Shown: piece after piece, positions 63,658 through 64,000 of the stretch
How the letters are laid out: each line of letters starts with the position of its first letter
How positions within the stretch are numbered: the stretch's first letter is position 1
Source of the DNA: Nitrosopumilus sp.
GTDB taxonomy: Archaea; Thermoproteota; Nitrososphaeria; Nitrososphaerales; Nitrosopumilaceae
Length of the DNA: 64,000 nt
NCBI GenBank assembly: GCA_965207445.1
Contig: CBDBLX010000002.1
Location: forward strand, 288,001-352,000
Direction: 5' to 3'
Notes under the pieces: generated by a model
Database searches by the model: none
What the model was told of the DNA's origin: nothing
Seen by the model: only the letters and a program-made list of their open reading frames with translations
Translations under genes and position numbers: made by a program

Positions 63658-63738
63658 GTAACTGTTCAACCCTCGTTACCTGCGCCCAGACGTTAGGCGG
63701 TGAATCTGTGCCTAAATTTGAAAAGGGACCGCGGTTAC
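63658..63738. mobile_element. 81-bp IS66-type MITE, diverged right end
   Basis: GTAACTGTTCAACCC...CGTTAGGCGGTGAATCTGTGCCTAAATTTG...CGGTTAC. Confidence 0.82.
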
Positions 63739-63812
63739 GTATTCTCTATTGTTCTGATACAAATTATGTAAGCATTTGATCACGTATTTATCCTATTTGT
63801 ATTGAGATTTTT

Positions 63813-64000
63813 TTAGCGCGCAGTATCTGTTGTTTCATCTGAATTGTTGTCTAGTTGATGTAATGCCGCGGCTTTACCTTGCTGGAACTCTTCTTCTGTA
63901 AGTTTACCTTTATCCTTGAGTTTGGATAACTCTTTGATCACATCTAGCGGATCTTGAATATGACGAAAATACATCTTATCGTGATTATCGCACACGACCT
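63813..64000 (-). CDS. 3' end of a SHOCT-domain protein (starts beyond the window)
   Basis: DPLDVIKELSKLKDKGKLTEEEFQQGKAAAL. Confidence 0.7.
   Translation of the reverse strand, partial: VVCDNHDKMYFRHIQDPLDVIKELSKLKDKGKLTEEEFQQGKAAALHQLDNNSDETTDTAR

Overview
Archaeal DNA, most consistent with an ammonia-oxidising Nitrososphaerota (Nitrosopumilaceae/Cenarchaeum-like) genome. This rests on a thaumarchaeal-type S-layer protein, a cupredoxin, ureEFGD, an F420 enzyme and a tRNA with an ATCGAAG T-loop. A host-associated (for example sponge) lifestyle is an inference from heavy IS proliferation, pseudogenes, an NHL-repeat protein and Ig-repeat S-layer inserts. Short core-gene blocks (6.7-9.6 kb mtnA/DUF59/SIS; 12.9-19.0 kb SDR, tRNA-Arg, aminotransferase, npdG and others; 51.2-62.0 kb S-layer plus ureDGFE) alternate with accessory DNA. 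The accessory DNA consists mostly of stand-alone defence-like genes: HTH-ImmA plus dead DUF4411, SIR2, DUF262-HNH, a Panacea-like antitoxin, PD-(D/E)XK, wHTH-HEPN, EEP nuclease plus OLD, KAP NTPase and a ClpP-class protease. These sit among IS66, ISH3, IS6, IS5-like and IS1595 elements and at least three MITE families. The main observations are: an 81-bp palindromic IS66-type MITE family whose ends, like those of other ISs, repeatedly sit about 45-60 bp upstream of intact cargo genes; an S-layer gene with a ~1000-aa repeat-rich insert; an NHL/SHOCT protein with a duplicated acidic-tyrosine motif; and a perfect 3x104-bp tandem array where ureC would be expected. No CRISPR array, integrase or reverse transcriptase was seen. 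All family assignments are by eye from motifs; no database search was run.
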